Notes under the pieces: generated by a model
What the model was told of the DNA's origin: nothing
Database searches by the model: none
Seen by the model: only the letters and a program-made list of their open reading frames with translations
Translations under genes and position numbers: made by a program
NCBI GenBank assembly: GCA_964016885.1
Contig: OZ024740.1
Coordinates: forward strand, 210,986,001-211,050,000
Length of the DNA stretch: 64,000 nt
Direction: 5' to 3'
Source: Eledone cirrhosa
Taxonomy: Eukaryota
Part shown: in pieces, positions 1 to 11,590 of the stretch
Layout: each line of letters opens with the position of its first letter
How positions within the stretch are numbered: position 1 is the stretch's first letter

Positions 1-118
1 GAAAGAGAGAGAGAGAGGTGAGAGAGAGAGGTGAGAAGTGAGAGAGAGAGAGAGGTGAGAGAGAGAGGTGAGAAGTGAGAGAGAGGTGAGAGAGAGAGAT
101 AGGTGAGAGAGAGAGATA

Positions 119-152
<34 letters not shown>

Positions 153-672
153 GAGAGAGAGAGAATAAGAGACTCATAGTAAGACCAGACAAAAGAATGA
201 GAAATAACATAAGAGGTGATTAAGAATTAGCAGTATCCAACAATAGCTGGCAGTGTCGAGTGGAGCTATGTTAGCCATTACACTGACACTGGAAGCAGTA
301 TACTTTCTACGAGGTTCAGGAAATTGATATGTACAGAAAGTACACAGACAATATCACAACTGAGAATTAAGGTGTCACCAATTTACTGGAAATGGTGAAA
401 ATACTTTCTTTTTTTTTTCTGTCTTATCTTTTGCCTGCATTTTAAATTAACTAAAATGTTGAAAACAAGATTTTTTAAAAATAGTGTATAGGGATAAAGG
501 GTAGAAATGATTTTCTAGACAGAGTGTAATTGATTTGGTCTTGAGTGAATGATTTCAGTAAGTCTGTGCATGAACTATGAAAAAAAAAATTTAAAAAAAA
601 AACATCCAAAATTTTCTCTCTCCTTAAATAAAATATTAAGATATCCTATAAAAATAAACGTGGTATTCTTTC

Positions 673-980
673 TTATCGTTCAGATTTTTGACCAATAGAG
701 TCTCTGGACACAGTTGACCTTAGTTTATATCTTCCACTTGGGATGCTCTGAAGTACTCGAGTTGCACACAGTGCATTAGGGAATATTGCCAAGATAGTTT
801 TACAATCAGAAACTTGCAGGTTGCTTGTGTCGGAATTAGAAAGCTGACTGCTATCATGTGGGACATAATGTAGGGTGACTCCCTGACAAGTCAAATCTTT
901 TAACAGTTTTTCAACTTCTCCTTGACGAAGCTTTGGACAGAGATCATAAACTTCCAAAACATTACTTCCTGCAACATTCC
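673..980 (-). CDS. R3HDM1/R3HDM2/ARPP21: R3HDM-family last coding exon, C-terminal RRM-like domain
   Basis: Acceptor ctcttcag|GG. Translation NVLEVYDL...EVEKLLKDL...TILAIFPNALCA...RYKLR resembles the R3HDM1/2 C-terminus (VLEIxxLP...IVAVFPSxxAA...FKLR). TAA at 675-673. Confidence 0.9.
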
Positions 981-1142
981 CTGAAGAGAAAAAATAAATT
1001 CATAAAAAATTTGAATAAATGGAAATGTTTCATTTATGGCAAACATTTTAAATATTAACTTAGTAACATGATAACGAAACAGAATTTAAAAAAATAAAGA
1101 GTATCTGATAGTATTGCAGTATTTATATTAGTCAGACTATAG

Positions 1143-1547
1143 AAAACATGGGCTGTGACTGCAGAGGACATGTGTAGATTGGAGAGAAGCAACCATGTTT
1201 TGTTGGATACGTAATATAAATGTGAGAGAAAGGTAGAACTTGGATGAGCTGAGGGAGAAGCTGGGTTTAAGAGGAATCCGAGAGGGTGTGCAGGAGAAAA
1301 GACTGCATAGGTATGGACATGTGATGTGTATGAATAATGATGGCTGGGTGAAGAAATGCCAGGAAATCCCAGTGGAAGGAAGTTGCAGTAGAGGTAGACT
1401 AAGAAAAAACTGGGCAGAGGTTATGAGAGCAGACCTAAAATCACTAAGACTGGCAGAGGAGATGATGAAGAAACGTGACAAGTGAAGAGATGCAGTGCTG
1501 AGGACCCATGCAAGCATGGAAATGTGAACGTAAAAACGATGATGATA
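1143..1547 (+). mobile_element. RTE-clade LINE 3' fragment
   Basis: ELREKLGLRGIREGVQEKRLHRYGHV..GRLRKNW, then the tail CCCATGCAAGCATGGAAA..(GAT)n. Related fragments at 2265-2550 (-) and 33290-33640 (-). Confidence 0.85.
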
Positions 1548-2629
1548 TACATTGTTCAGGAAATTGAGGAATATGGCAGAATATTCACTTAGATATGTTT
1601 TTGAAAAACTATGAAAAAAATTAAGAGAAAGGTTATAATTTTTAATAAGAACTATTTAATATCATCATCATCAGGTTTAGCGTCCGTGTTCCACACTTGC
1701 ATGGGTTTGGACGGGGGTTTTCCCACTTGAGGCAAGAGTGGTTGTCTTGCTCGCATAGGACTGTCTGGCGGGTTTTCTACAGTTGGATGCCCTTCCTAAC
1801 ACCAACCACATTTACAGTGTGGGGCTGGGAGGTTTTTACCGTGTTGCCTACACGGCCACATTACAGCGTGGACTGTCTGGCGGGTTTTCTACAGCTGGAT
1901 GCCCTTCCTAACACCAACCACATTTACAGTGTGGGGCTGGGAGGTTTTTACCGTGTTGCCTACACAGCCACATTACAGCGTGGACTGTCTGGCGGGTTTT
2001 CTACAGCTGGATGCCCTTCCTAACACCAACCACATTTACAGTGTGGGGCTGGGAGGTTTTTACCGTGTTGCCTACACAGCCACATTACAGCGTGGACTGT
2101 GTGTTTTTTTGTCGTGACACCTACACGATCTCATTTGTTTCGGCCTGGATGTTGTGGCACCAACATAACTTTACATTGAAAGGGGCGGTGTGGATGGGGT
2201 GGAGGTGGTGGGACGGGGGTGTGTTTTGATAGAGATGCCTACTGACTGTAGTAGGTTTTTACTTTCTATTTAGGTAAGGCGGGTCTTCTCTATTACTGAG
2301 TACCACCAAAGGTCTCGGTCCAGTGACATTGTCTTGGAGAGGTGTAAGCGTGTGAGGTCGGAATTTATCAGCTCGTCCCATGTTTTTCTGGGTCTGCCTA
2401 CTTCGTAGCTACCGTCTATCTTTATTGCCCTGCACTTTGTTATACAGCTGTCGTCTTTCATGCGCATCACGTGACCGTACCAACGTAGCCTTCTCTCGAG
2501 TAAACAACATCTGATCCCTCTTATTTCTAATTTTTTCCTTAGTTCGTTTATGTAAGACTTTATTTTTCAGTTTTTTGGGGAAATATTAGAGAAAGGTTTT
2601 AATGTATTAGAAAGATGAGTGCTTGTTTA

Positions 2630-3027
2630 AAAAATGTGTGTTATAGAAATGTAAGTGTATTTTAGAAATGTAAGTGTGTTATAGAAATGTAAGTGTTATA
2701 GAAATATAAGTGTGTTATAGAAATGTGTATTTTAGAAATGGAAGTGTGTTTCAGAAATGTAAGTGTATTTTAGAAATGTGTGTTATAGAAATGTAAGTGT
2801 GTTATAGAAATGTGTGTTATAGAAATGTAAGTGTATTTTAGAAATGTGTATTATAGAAATGTAAGTGTGTTATAGAAATGTAAGTGTATTATAGAAATGT
2901 AAGTGAATTATAGAAATGTGAGTGTGTTATAGAAATGTAAGTGTATTTTAGAAATGTAAGTGTTTCAGAAATGTAAGTGTATTTTAGAAATGTAAGTGTG
3001 TTATAAAAATGTAAGTGTATTATAGAA
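2630..3027. repeat. 16-20-bp minisatellite (TATAGAAATGTAAGTGTGT)n
   Basis: About 20 degenerate tandem units. Confidence 0.9.
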
Positions 3028-3599
3028 ACAACGTTCACTTGAGTGAAATAAAAGTCAGTCAACTCAGGATTTTGATTCAGAAAAATAAATTTCATCTATT
3101 GTTTAAATGTCAATATTTGTATAACTCCCAAACTGTGGTAAATATTGTGAAGAGAAATTGAATGAGATGGTTTGGGTTGTTGGCTGGGTGAGAGGATGGG
3201 AAGGGAAATGACAGAGGGTTGATAGAGGATGTAGACAATAGGGTAAAATAGAGAAGCTTGTCACAGAGTCTGCAAGGTTAACTGATTTAGCAGGGAAAAG
3301 GGTCTTTAAATGCTTGTTGTTCATAACTGTACAGTTTAGTAAATGGCATGAATTTATCAGCTAGAGTAGCATACCTTGTCTATGGACACAACATACTACC
3401 AATGGCAGTCATTTATGACATTTAGATCAGTAGACTAAGAAGAATAAACAACTGTGTCGAATTGAAAATTCACACACACACATATATGATAACGGTTGTC
3501 TACTCAATACAAAGCTCAATGTACGTAGAGCTCAGTTCTGGCATGAAAACCTATGTGGCCTTTTAGAACAGACATACTTTTAAAATGTCGTCCACATAA

Positions 3600-4082
3600 A
3601 TTGCACCTTATTTTCGGTTTGGTTCAACTGCCCAAGTTGTCTGATATTGATGAACCCTGAAATGTCTCTTTAGATTTGCATATTTTGTGACATATGTGAC
3701 ATTGATAAGTGTGAACTGGTTGGTCTGTTCTGAGGTCAGTAGGAAGTGTCCTACTGTGTGCTCTTAAGAGAGGTTGAAGTCCAGCTTCTGACATGCAGAT
3801 TTTGCCACAAACTGTACATGAAGAAAAAGTCCCATTAATTTCCTATTCATTTACTGCTTGGTTTTTCCTTATATTCCTCTTAATATTTACTTGAATTAAT
3901 CTATTTTGCTCAAAAGTTTTCGCACCGTCCCATATTTTTGAATGCCAGATAGAGCGATCCACTGCAAGTCTTTCCAGGTTTTTTTTATTGATTCCTACAT
4001 TCTTCAAGTTCTCCCTCAATGCATCCTTGAACCTCTTCTTTGGCTTGCTCTGTTTCCTTGTTCCCTGAGCAAGTTCTCCATA

Positions 4083-4085
<3 letters not shown>
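3600..4085 (-). mobile_element. RTE (BovB-like) LINE 3' fragment
   Basis: Minus-strand GELAQGTRKQSKPKKRFKDALRENLK and a C-terminal CTVCGKICMSEAGL..RAH zinc-finger remnant. Confidence 0.7.
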
Positions 4086-4117
<32 letters not shown>

Positions 4118-4518
4118 GGTACCATACATATTAAAGTAGCCAAAATGGTAGGTATAAAGCCACAGTCAATGTCAGAGTGTATTCAGCTTCATCTATGCTA
4201 GACTTGACTTTACTTTCCATTCCTCAAGGATCAATAAAGTACCAATGCTATCATCATTATTATTACCTTCACTGCTTAATATCCATTTTTCCATGCTAGC
4301 ATGGGTTAGATGGGTTGTCACGTTGTGAGACAGGTCAGATCAAATGACCGTGTCTTGCTCATACAGAAGTTTCTGGCTGGGTTTCTACGGCTGGATGCTC
4401 TTCCTAATGCCAACCACATTTACAGTGTGGGCTGGGTGCTTTTTGTCATGACACCTACATGACCACTTTACAGTGTGGACCAGGTACTTTTTGAAATCAA
4501 TTTGATTAACCAAACCCT

Positions 4519-4861
4519 GGAGGCACATGGCTTAGTGGTTAGAGCATTGGCCTTGCAATCGAAAGGTTGTGAGTTCAATTCTCAGACTGGGTGATGTGTT
4601 GTTTCCTTGAGCAAGGCACTTTATTTCACATTGCTCCAGTTTACTCAGCTGTAGAAATGAGATGATAGGGACTGGGGTCCCTATCATTCCACTGCAAAGT
4701 GGTCGTGGGGGTGCCATGGCAAAAAAGCACCCAGCACTCACTGTAAATGAGGTTGGTGTTAGGAAAGGCATCCAGCTGTAGAAATCAAGCCAGAATCAGT
4801 TCCCGTCCCACCCTTGCAAGCAGGGAAAAGCGGACGTAAAATGATGATGATGATGATGATG
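4519..4861 (+). mobile_element. tRNA-derived CORE-like SINE with RTE-type (GAT)n tail
   Basis: A box TGGCTTAGTGG (4528) and B box GAGTTCAATTC (4571), CORE-like CCTTGAGCAAGGCACTTTATTTCACATTGCTCCAG, tail ...GGACGTAAAA(TGA)n. Partial relatives at 1663-2110, 4252-4490, 11255-11570, 17955-18395, 21062-21275, 36390-36620, 43690-43920, 44285-44437 and 53257-53545. Confidence 0.85.
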
Positions 4862-4952
4862 AAGCCCATTTCCTGAAAACCTTTGTTTAATGTAAAAAAT
4901 ATATTCTAACTGAAATGTATCTAAAAAAAAGCGAGAGAAATTTGTTTCACAC

Positions 4953-5110
4953 CTCTTGAGTCTCCATCATTACCAGTAGATGATTGGTTCCCTGTGCAAC
5001 AGTCTTTGCTAATACCACGAGGTGATTTTTTGTTTTTCACTTTATTTCCAATAGAGTTATTAGTATTACCAACAACTCCAAAGCTGCTGTTATACTGGCA
5101 GTTTGGAGGA
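4953..5110 (-). CDS. R3HDM1/R3HDM2/ARPP21: R3HDM-family exon (PPNCQYNSSFG...KVKNKKSPR...GDSR), 158 nt
   Basis: Long pyrimidine tract plus tttcag|T acceptor, AGAG|gtgtga donor. A basic patch precedes the C-terminal domain, as in R3HDM proteins. Confidence 0.85.
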
Positions 5111-5189
5111 CTGAAACGACAGAGAAAGAAAACAGAGAAATATTTAATAACAATGGTAATATCAGTATTGGAACTTGGCAAAAACTAAC

Positions 5190-5545
5190 AGAATGAAGAA
5201 GTAACAATATTTAGAAATATTCTTGAAATTTTGGGTCTGAAAAGATCGCCAATGTGGAATTGCTAGGTAAATGCTAACAGGAGAATATGTCAGCAATCCT
5301 TCTCAGAAGAAGATGGAAGTGGATAGGGCATGTTCCCAGAAGAGAGCAAGACAGCATCATAAGAACAGTCCTTCACTGGATACCAGAAGGAAAGCAAAGA
5401 TGAGGAAGGTCAAAGAACACCTGAGGGAGAGATGAAGTGCTGGCAACATATACGGGGTACCATCCAGAAGCTGGCCCAAGACAGACAGGAGTGGAGAACC
5501 TTTATTGCTGACCTACATGTCAGTGGACATAATGGGCACTAGAGA
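5190..5545 (+). mobile_element. RTE-like LINE 3' fragment
   Basis: RRRWKWIGHVPRREQDSIIRTVLHWIPEGK..GRSKNT remnant. Confidence 0.75.
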
Positions 5546-5612
5546 GATATTTAGAAATTACAAAATATTTTGGTTATCTATTCTCTGTAAAAATTGGACA
5601 GTTAAATTCATA

Positions 5613-5960
5613 CATCTTTCCGCAGGGGTAGGCCCCTCATCGGGGATGTCACATGCTGTGAAACCTACTCATATGGAAACCTGGTGCATTCAACTACCAG
5701 TCCAGGCTCTGCTGACCACCAAGCCAAAGAGGGAAAACTGTCAAAGTATCAGCAGCTCTCTGGTAGGTTTGTGGTAGAGCCTGTGGCAGTGGAGACTTCC
5801 GGCATTTTTGGCCCCTAGACTACATCCCTACTGACTACTATCAGGGCGGAGTTGGCTGCCCGCATGTGTGAGCCCCACGAGATGGAGTGGCTGTTACAGC
5901 ATGTCTCCCTTGCCATCATCCAGGCTAAGTAAGCTGATAGTCGAGGATGTCACTTCAACA
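5613..5960 (+). mobile_element. CRE-clade LINE 3' fragment (second copy)
   Basis: Nucleotide similarity to the reverse complement of 50040-50385 (CAGGGGTAGGCCCCTCATC; GAGCCTGTGGCAGTGGAGACTTCCGGCATT). Confidence 0.8.
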
Positions 5961-6287
5961 ACTAAAATATATTTACATCTTTGTATGATAATTTATCTCC
6001 TGATTCATGACAAAATGGTAAAATTTAAGTTAAATTAGATTCAACTTTTCTTAATGTTGGTTTTCTAATTATCCAATCGTAGTTTAAAATTTCTTGGATT
6101 CTATGGTAAATATTGGTTTATTGCAATGCTTTACACACACACAGGAGCACACATTATATATGTAAAAGACCCCAAGGCAAAATAGAAAAGAAAATGTATA
6201 ATTGTATTTTCACAGAAATTTAATTAATTTTTAAGTTGACAACAAATATTTCATTTGATGGTTCAAATAAAGGAAGAAAATCAATAC

Positions 6288-6360
6288 CGAGTTCGTTGAT
6301 GATTCAATGGTAAAGGTTGAACTTGTGGCCGGAATCCTGGACTAATGAACCGCAAAGAAT
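6288..6360 (-). CDS. R3HDM1/R3HDM2/ARPP21: R3HDM-family exon (DSLRFISPGFRPQVQPLPLNHQRTR), 73 nt
   Basis: Acceptor gacaccag|AT, donor CTCG|gtattg. Its phase 1-2 is needed to link exon 19035 (phase 1) with exon 5110 (phase 2). Confidence 0.8.
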
Positions 6361-6600
6361 CTGGTGTCAATTACAAATAAAATAGAATTTATGAGCAAGA
6401 CTGCAACGTTAGAGAGAGTGAGACAATTAGAAAGAGATAAAAGGTGTGTGCATGTGTTTGGAACTTGATATTTTCATTCAGGAGGAAAAAACAAACAGTT
6501 TTTTGGTCATTTGTATAATTATTCTAAAACAGTTTCAAATCATACGTTTTTCTGCCTTGAATATGAATACTATTTTTTATATCCTTTCAGCATAAACAGT

Positions 6601-9600
6601 GTTATAAAGGCTGCCACATAAACTAATGGACTGTGGAACAGAGTTATAAAGGCCACCACATAAACCAATGGACTGTGGAACAGAGTTATAAAGACTGCCA
6701 CATAAACCAATGGACTGTGGAACAGAGTTATAAAGACTGCCACATAAACCAATGGACTGTGGAACAGAGTTATAAAGGCTGCCACATAAACCAATGGACT
6801 GTGGAACAGAGTTATAAAGGCTGCCACATAAACTAATGGACTGTGGAACAGAGTTATAAAGGCCAGCACATAAACCAATGGACTGTGGAACAGAGTTATA
6901 AAGGCTGCCACATAAACTAATGGACTGTGGAACAGAGTTATAAAGGCTGCCACATAAACCAATGGACTGTGGAACAGAGTTATAAAGGCTGCCACATAAA
7001 CTAATGGACTGTGGAACAGAGTTATAAAGGCTGCCACATAAACTAATGGACTGTGGAACAGAGTTATAAAGGCTGCCACATAAACCAATGGACTGTGGAA
7101 CAGAGTTATAAAGGCCACCACATAAACCAATGGACTGTGGAACAGAGTTATAAAGGCTGCCACATAAACTAATGGACTGTGGAACAGAGTTATAAAGGTC
7201 ACCACATAAACCAATGGACTGTGGAACAGAGTTATAAAGGCCACCACATAAACCAATGGACTGTGGAACAGAGTTATAAAGGCCAGCACATAAACCAATG
7301 GACTGTGGAACAGAGTTATAAAGGCTGCCACATAAACTAATGGACTGTGGAACAGAGTTATAAAGGCTGCCACATAAACCAATGGACTGTGGAACAGAGT
7401 TATAAAGGTCACCACATAAACCAATGGACTGTGGAACAGAGTTATAAAGGCCACCACATAAACCAATGGACTGTGGAACAGAGTTATAAAGGCTGCCACA
7501 TAAACCAATGGACTGTGGAACAGAGTTATAAAGGCTGCCACATAAACCAATGGACTGTGGAACAGAGTTATAAAGGCCACCACATAAACCAATGGACTGT
7601 GGAACAGAGTTATAAAGGCTGCCACATAAACTAATGGACTGTGGAACAGAGTTATAAAGGCCACCACATAAACCAATGGACTGTGGAACAGAGTTATAAA
7701 GGCTGCCACATAAACCAATGGACTGTGGAACAGAGTTATAAAGGCCACCACATAAACCAATGGACTGTGGAACAGAGTTATAAAGGCTGCCACATAAACT
7801 AATGGACTGTGGAACAGAGTTATAAAGGCTGCCACATAAACTAATGGACTGTGGAACAGAGTTATAAAGGCCACCACATAAACCAATGGACTGTGGAACA
7901 GAGTTATAAAGGCCACCACATAAACCAATGGACTGTGGAACAGAGTTATAAAGGCCACCACATAAACCAATGGACTGTGGAACAGAGTTATAAAGGCCAC
8001 CACATAAACCAATGGACTGTGGAACAGAGTTATAAAGGCCTCCACATAAACTGGTGGACTGTGGAACAGAGTTATAAAGGCCACCACATAAACCAATGGA
8101 CTGTGGAACAGAGTTATAAAGGCCACCACATAAACCAATGGACTGTGGAACAGAGTTATAAAGGCTGCCACATAAACCAATGGACTGTGGAACAGAGTTA
8201 TAAAGGCCACCACATAAACCAATGGACTGTGGAACAGAGTTATAAAGGTCACCACATAAACTAATGGACTGTGGAACAGAGTTATAAAGGCCACCACATA
8301 AACCAATGGACTGTGGAACAGAGTTATAAAGGCCACCACATAAACCAATGGACTGTGGAACAGAGTTATAAAGGCTGCAACATAAACCAATGGACTGTGG
8401 AACAGAGTTATAAAGGTCACCACATAAACTAATGGACTGTGGAACAGAGTTATAAAGGCCATCACATAAACCAATGGACTGTGGAACAGAGTTATAAAGG
8501 CCACCACATAAACCAATGGACTGTGGAACAGAGTTATAAAGGCTGCCACATAAACCAATGGACTGTGGAACAGAGTTATAAAGGCCACCACATAAACCAA
8601 TGGACTGTGGAACAGAGTTATAAAGGCCACCACATAAACTAGTGGACTGTGGAACAGAGTTATAAAGGCCACCACATAAACCAATGGACTGTGGAACAGA
8701 GTTATAAAGGCCACCACATAAACCAATGGACTGTGGAACAGAGTTATAAAGGCCACCACATAAACCAATGGACTGTGGAACAGAGTTATAAAGGCTGCCA
8801 CATAAACCAATGGACTGTGGAACAGAGTTATAAAGGTCACCACATAAACTAATGGACTGTGGAACAGAGTTATAAAGGCCACCACATAAACCAATGGACT
8901 GTGGAACAGAGTTATAAAGGCCACCACATAAACCAATGGACTGTGGAACAGAGTTATAAAGGCCACAACATAAACCAATGGACTGTGGAACAGAGTTATA
9001 AAGGCTGCTACATAAACTAATGGACTATGGGACAGAGTTATAAAGGGTGCCACATAAACTAATGGACTGTGGGACAGAGTTATAAAGGGTGCCACATAAA
9101 CTAATGGACTGTGGGACAGAGTTATAAAGGGTGCCACATAAACTAATGGACTGTGGGACAGAGTTATAAAGGGTGCCACATAAACTAATGGACTGTGGGA
9201 CAGAGTTATAAAGGGTGCCACATAAACTAATGGACTATGGGACAGAGTTATAAAGGCCACCACATAAACTAATGGACTGTGGAACAGAGTTATAAAGGCT
9301 GCCACATAAACCAATGGACTGTGGAACAGAGTTATAAAGGCTGCCACATAAACCAATGGACTGTGGAACAGAGTTATAAAGGCTGCCACATAAACCAATG
9401 GACTGTGGGACAGAGTTATAAAGGCCACCACATAAACCAATGGACTGTGGAACAGAGTTATAAAGGCTGCCACATAAACCAATGGACTGTGGGACAGAGT
9501 TATAAAGGGTGCCACATAAACTAATGGACTGTGGGACAGAGTTATAAAGGTCACCACATAAACTAATGGACTGTGGAACAGAGTTATAAAGGCTGCCACA

Positions 9601-10417
9601 TACACTAATGGACTGTGGAACAGAGTTATAAAGGTCACCACATAAACTAATGGACTGTGGAACAGAGTTATAAAGGCCACCACATAAACCAATGGACTGT
9701 GGGACAGAGTTATAAAGGGTGCCACATAAACTAATGGACTGTGGGACAGAGTTATAAAGGCTGCCACATAAACCAATGGACTGTGGAACAGAGTTATAAA
9801 GGCCACCACATAAACCAATGGACTGTGGAACAGAGTTATAAAGGCTGCCACATAAACCAATGGACTGTGGAACAGAGGTAAAAAGGCCACCACATAAACT
9901 AATGGACTATGGGACAGAGTTATAAAAGCTGCCACATAAACTAGTGGACTGTGGAACAGAGTTATAAAGGCCACCACATAAACCAATGGACTGTGGAACA
10001 GAGTTATAAAGGCCACCACATAAACCAATGGACTATGGGACAGAGTTATAAAGGGTGCCACATAAACCAATGGACTGTGGAACAGAGGTAAAAAGGCCAC
10101 CACATAAACTAAAGGACTGTGGAACAGAGTTATAAAGGCTGCCACATAAACTAATGGACTGAGTTATAAAGGCTGCCACATAAACCAATGGACTGTGGAA
10201 CAGAGTTATAAAGGCTGCCACATAGACCAATGGACTGTGGAACAGAGTTATAAAGGCTGCCACATAAACTAATGGACTGTGGGACAGAGTTATAAAGGCT
10301 GCCACATAAACCAATGTACTGTGGAACAGAGTTATAAAGGCTGCCACATAAACCAATGTACTGTGGAACAGAGTTATAAAGGTCACTACATAAACCAATG
10401 TACTATGGGACAGAGTT
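6601..10417. repeat. 42-bp minisatellite (GTTATAAAGGCYRCCACATAAACYAATGGACTGTGGAACAGA)n, about 90 units
   Basis: Direct tandem repeat; an 11-bp deletion near 10160 breaks the frame. Confidence 0.97.
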
Positions 10418-10981
10418 CAAATCTTACTAGAATCATCTTCGTTTTTTATCTTGTTGCAATCAATACAATAGGAAGCAGATCAATATAATATACACAGCAT
10501 TTGTTGATTCAATCAACCATTTGCCTTTCCCCATAAGTATTTATCTTGTTGAATTAATTTGTGAACAGTTTGTAATCCAGGTTTGATTCCTGGTTATAGG
10601 TGTTTTTATTTCATTTGTCTTATTAACAAACTATGACCCTTCAAGACCCCAACAGGGCCAGTAATACATCTAATTGTTATGGTTGTTTGATAAACTATGT
10701 TATAGATAATATATTGTGGATATAATAAAGACTTCTTAGATCTTTATGTACAAATGACAGATTACTCTAAGCTGTAAACGATGGAATTCTAATATTAATA
10801 TGATTGACAGCTGTGATGTGATTTCATTCATTTATTTAGAATTTGATAGATGCAGTAAAATATTCTAATGAGTTAGTGTTTTGTTTTATTGCCTCAAAAC
10901 TGTTGTTCAGAGACAGTAAAAGACAGAAATATATAACAAAATTTGAATTTGGTTTTTCACTCTAACACAGCGGATACATAA

Positions 10982-11238
10982 ATATATTTGTGAGTTTTAT
11001 ATTGAATACTAATAACATTTGATTCGTTTGCAAGCAAACAGCCTCATTGTGCTATGTTTTTTTAGATGAACATTATCATTGTTTTGTTCTAGCAGTGACA
11101 GAGCGAAAAATCTGATTGCTTCTCTCTGTCACTGCTAGGATGGTGATGGTCATCTATAAAACACACAGCATAATGAAGCTGTTTGCTTGCAAATGAATCA
11201 AATATTATTATTATTCGTTATAAAATCCATAAATATAT
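10982..11238. repeat. Imperfect ~120-bp-arm fold-back
   Basis: TTTGATTCGTTTGCAAGCAAACAGC...CTAGCAGTGACAGAG pairs with CTCTGTCACTGCTAG...GCTGTTTGCTTGCAAATGAATCAAA. Confidence 0.8.
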
Positions 11239-11590
11239 AATTTTTAACAATTCATCATCATCTATTTTCCATGCTAGCATAATTTAGAAAAGTTCTGTTG
11301 TGAGACAAGTTAGATCAGATGACTGTATCTTGCTCATGCAGAACTGTTTCTGGCTTGGTTTCTATGGCTGGATGCCCTTCATAAATAAACCACTTCACAG
11401 TGTGGACTGGATGCTTTTTATTGTGGCATCAAAACAACCAGTTTACTGTATGGACTGGATGCTTTTTATTGTGGCACCAAAACAACCACTTTACAGTGTG
11501 GACTGGATGCTTTTATTGTGGAACCAAAAGGACTGCTTTACAGGGTGGACTGGGTGCTTTATTGCCATGACTTCAGACACAGAATCCTAT

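Noticed and set aside
4519-4592. tRNA gene
   Set aside because: A/B boxes run straight into a CORE-like body and LINE tail with no complete cloverleaf, so it is a SINE head.
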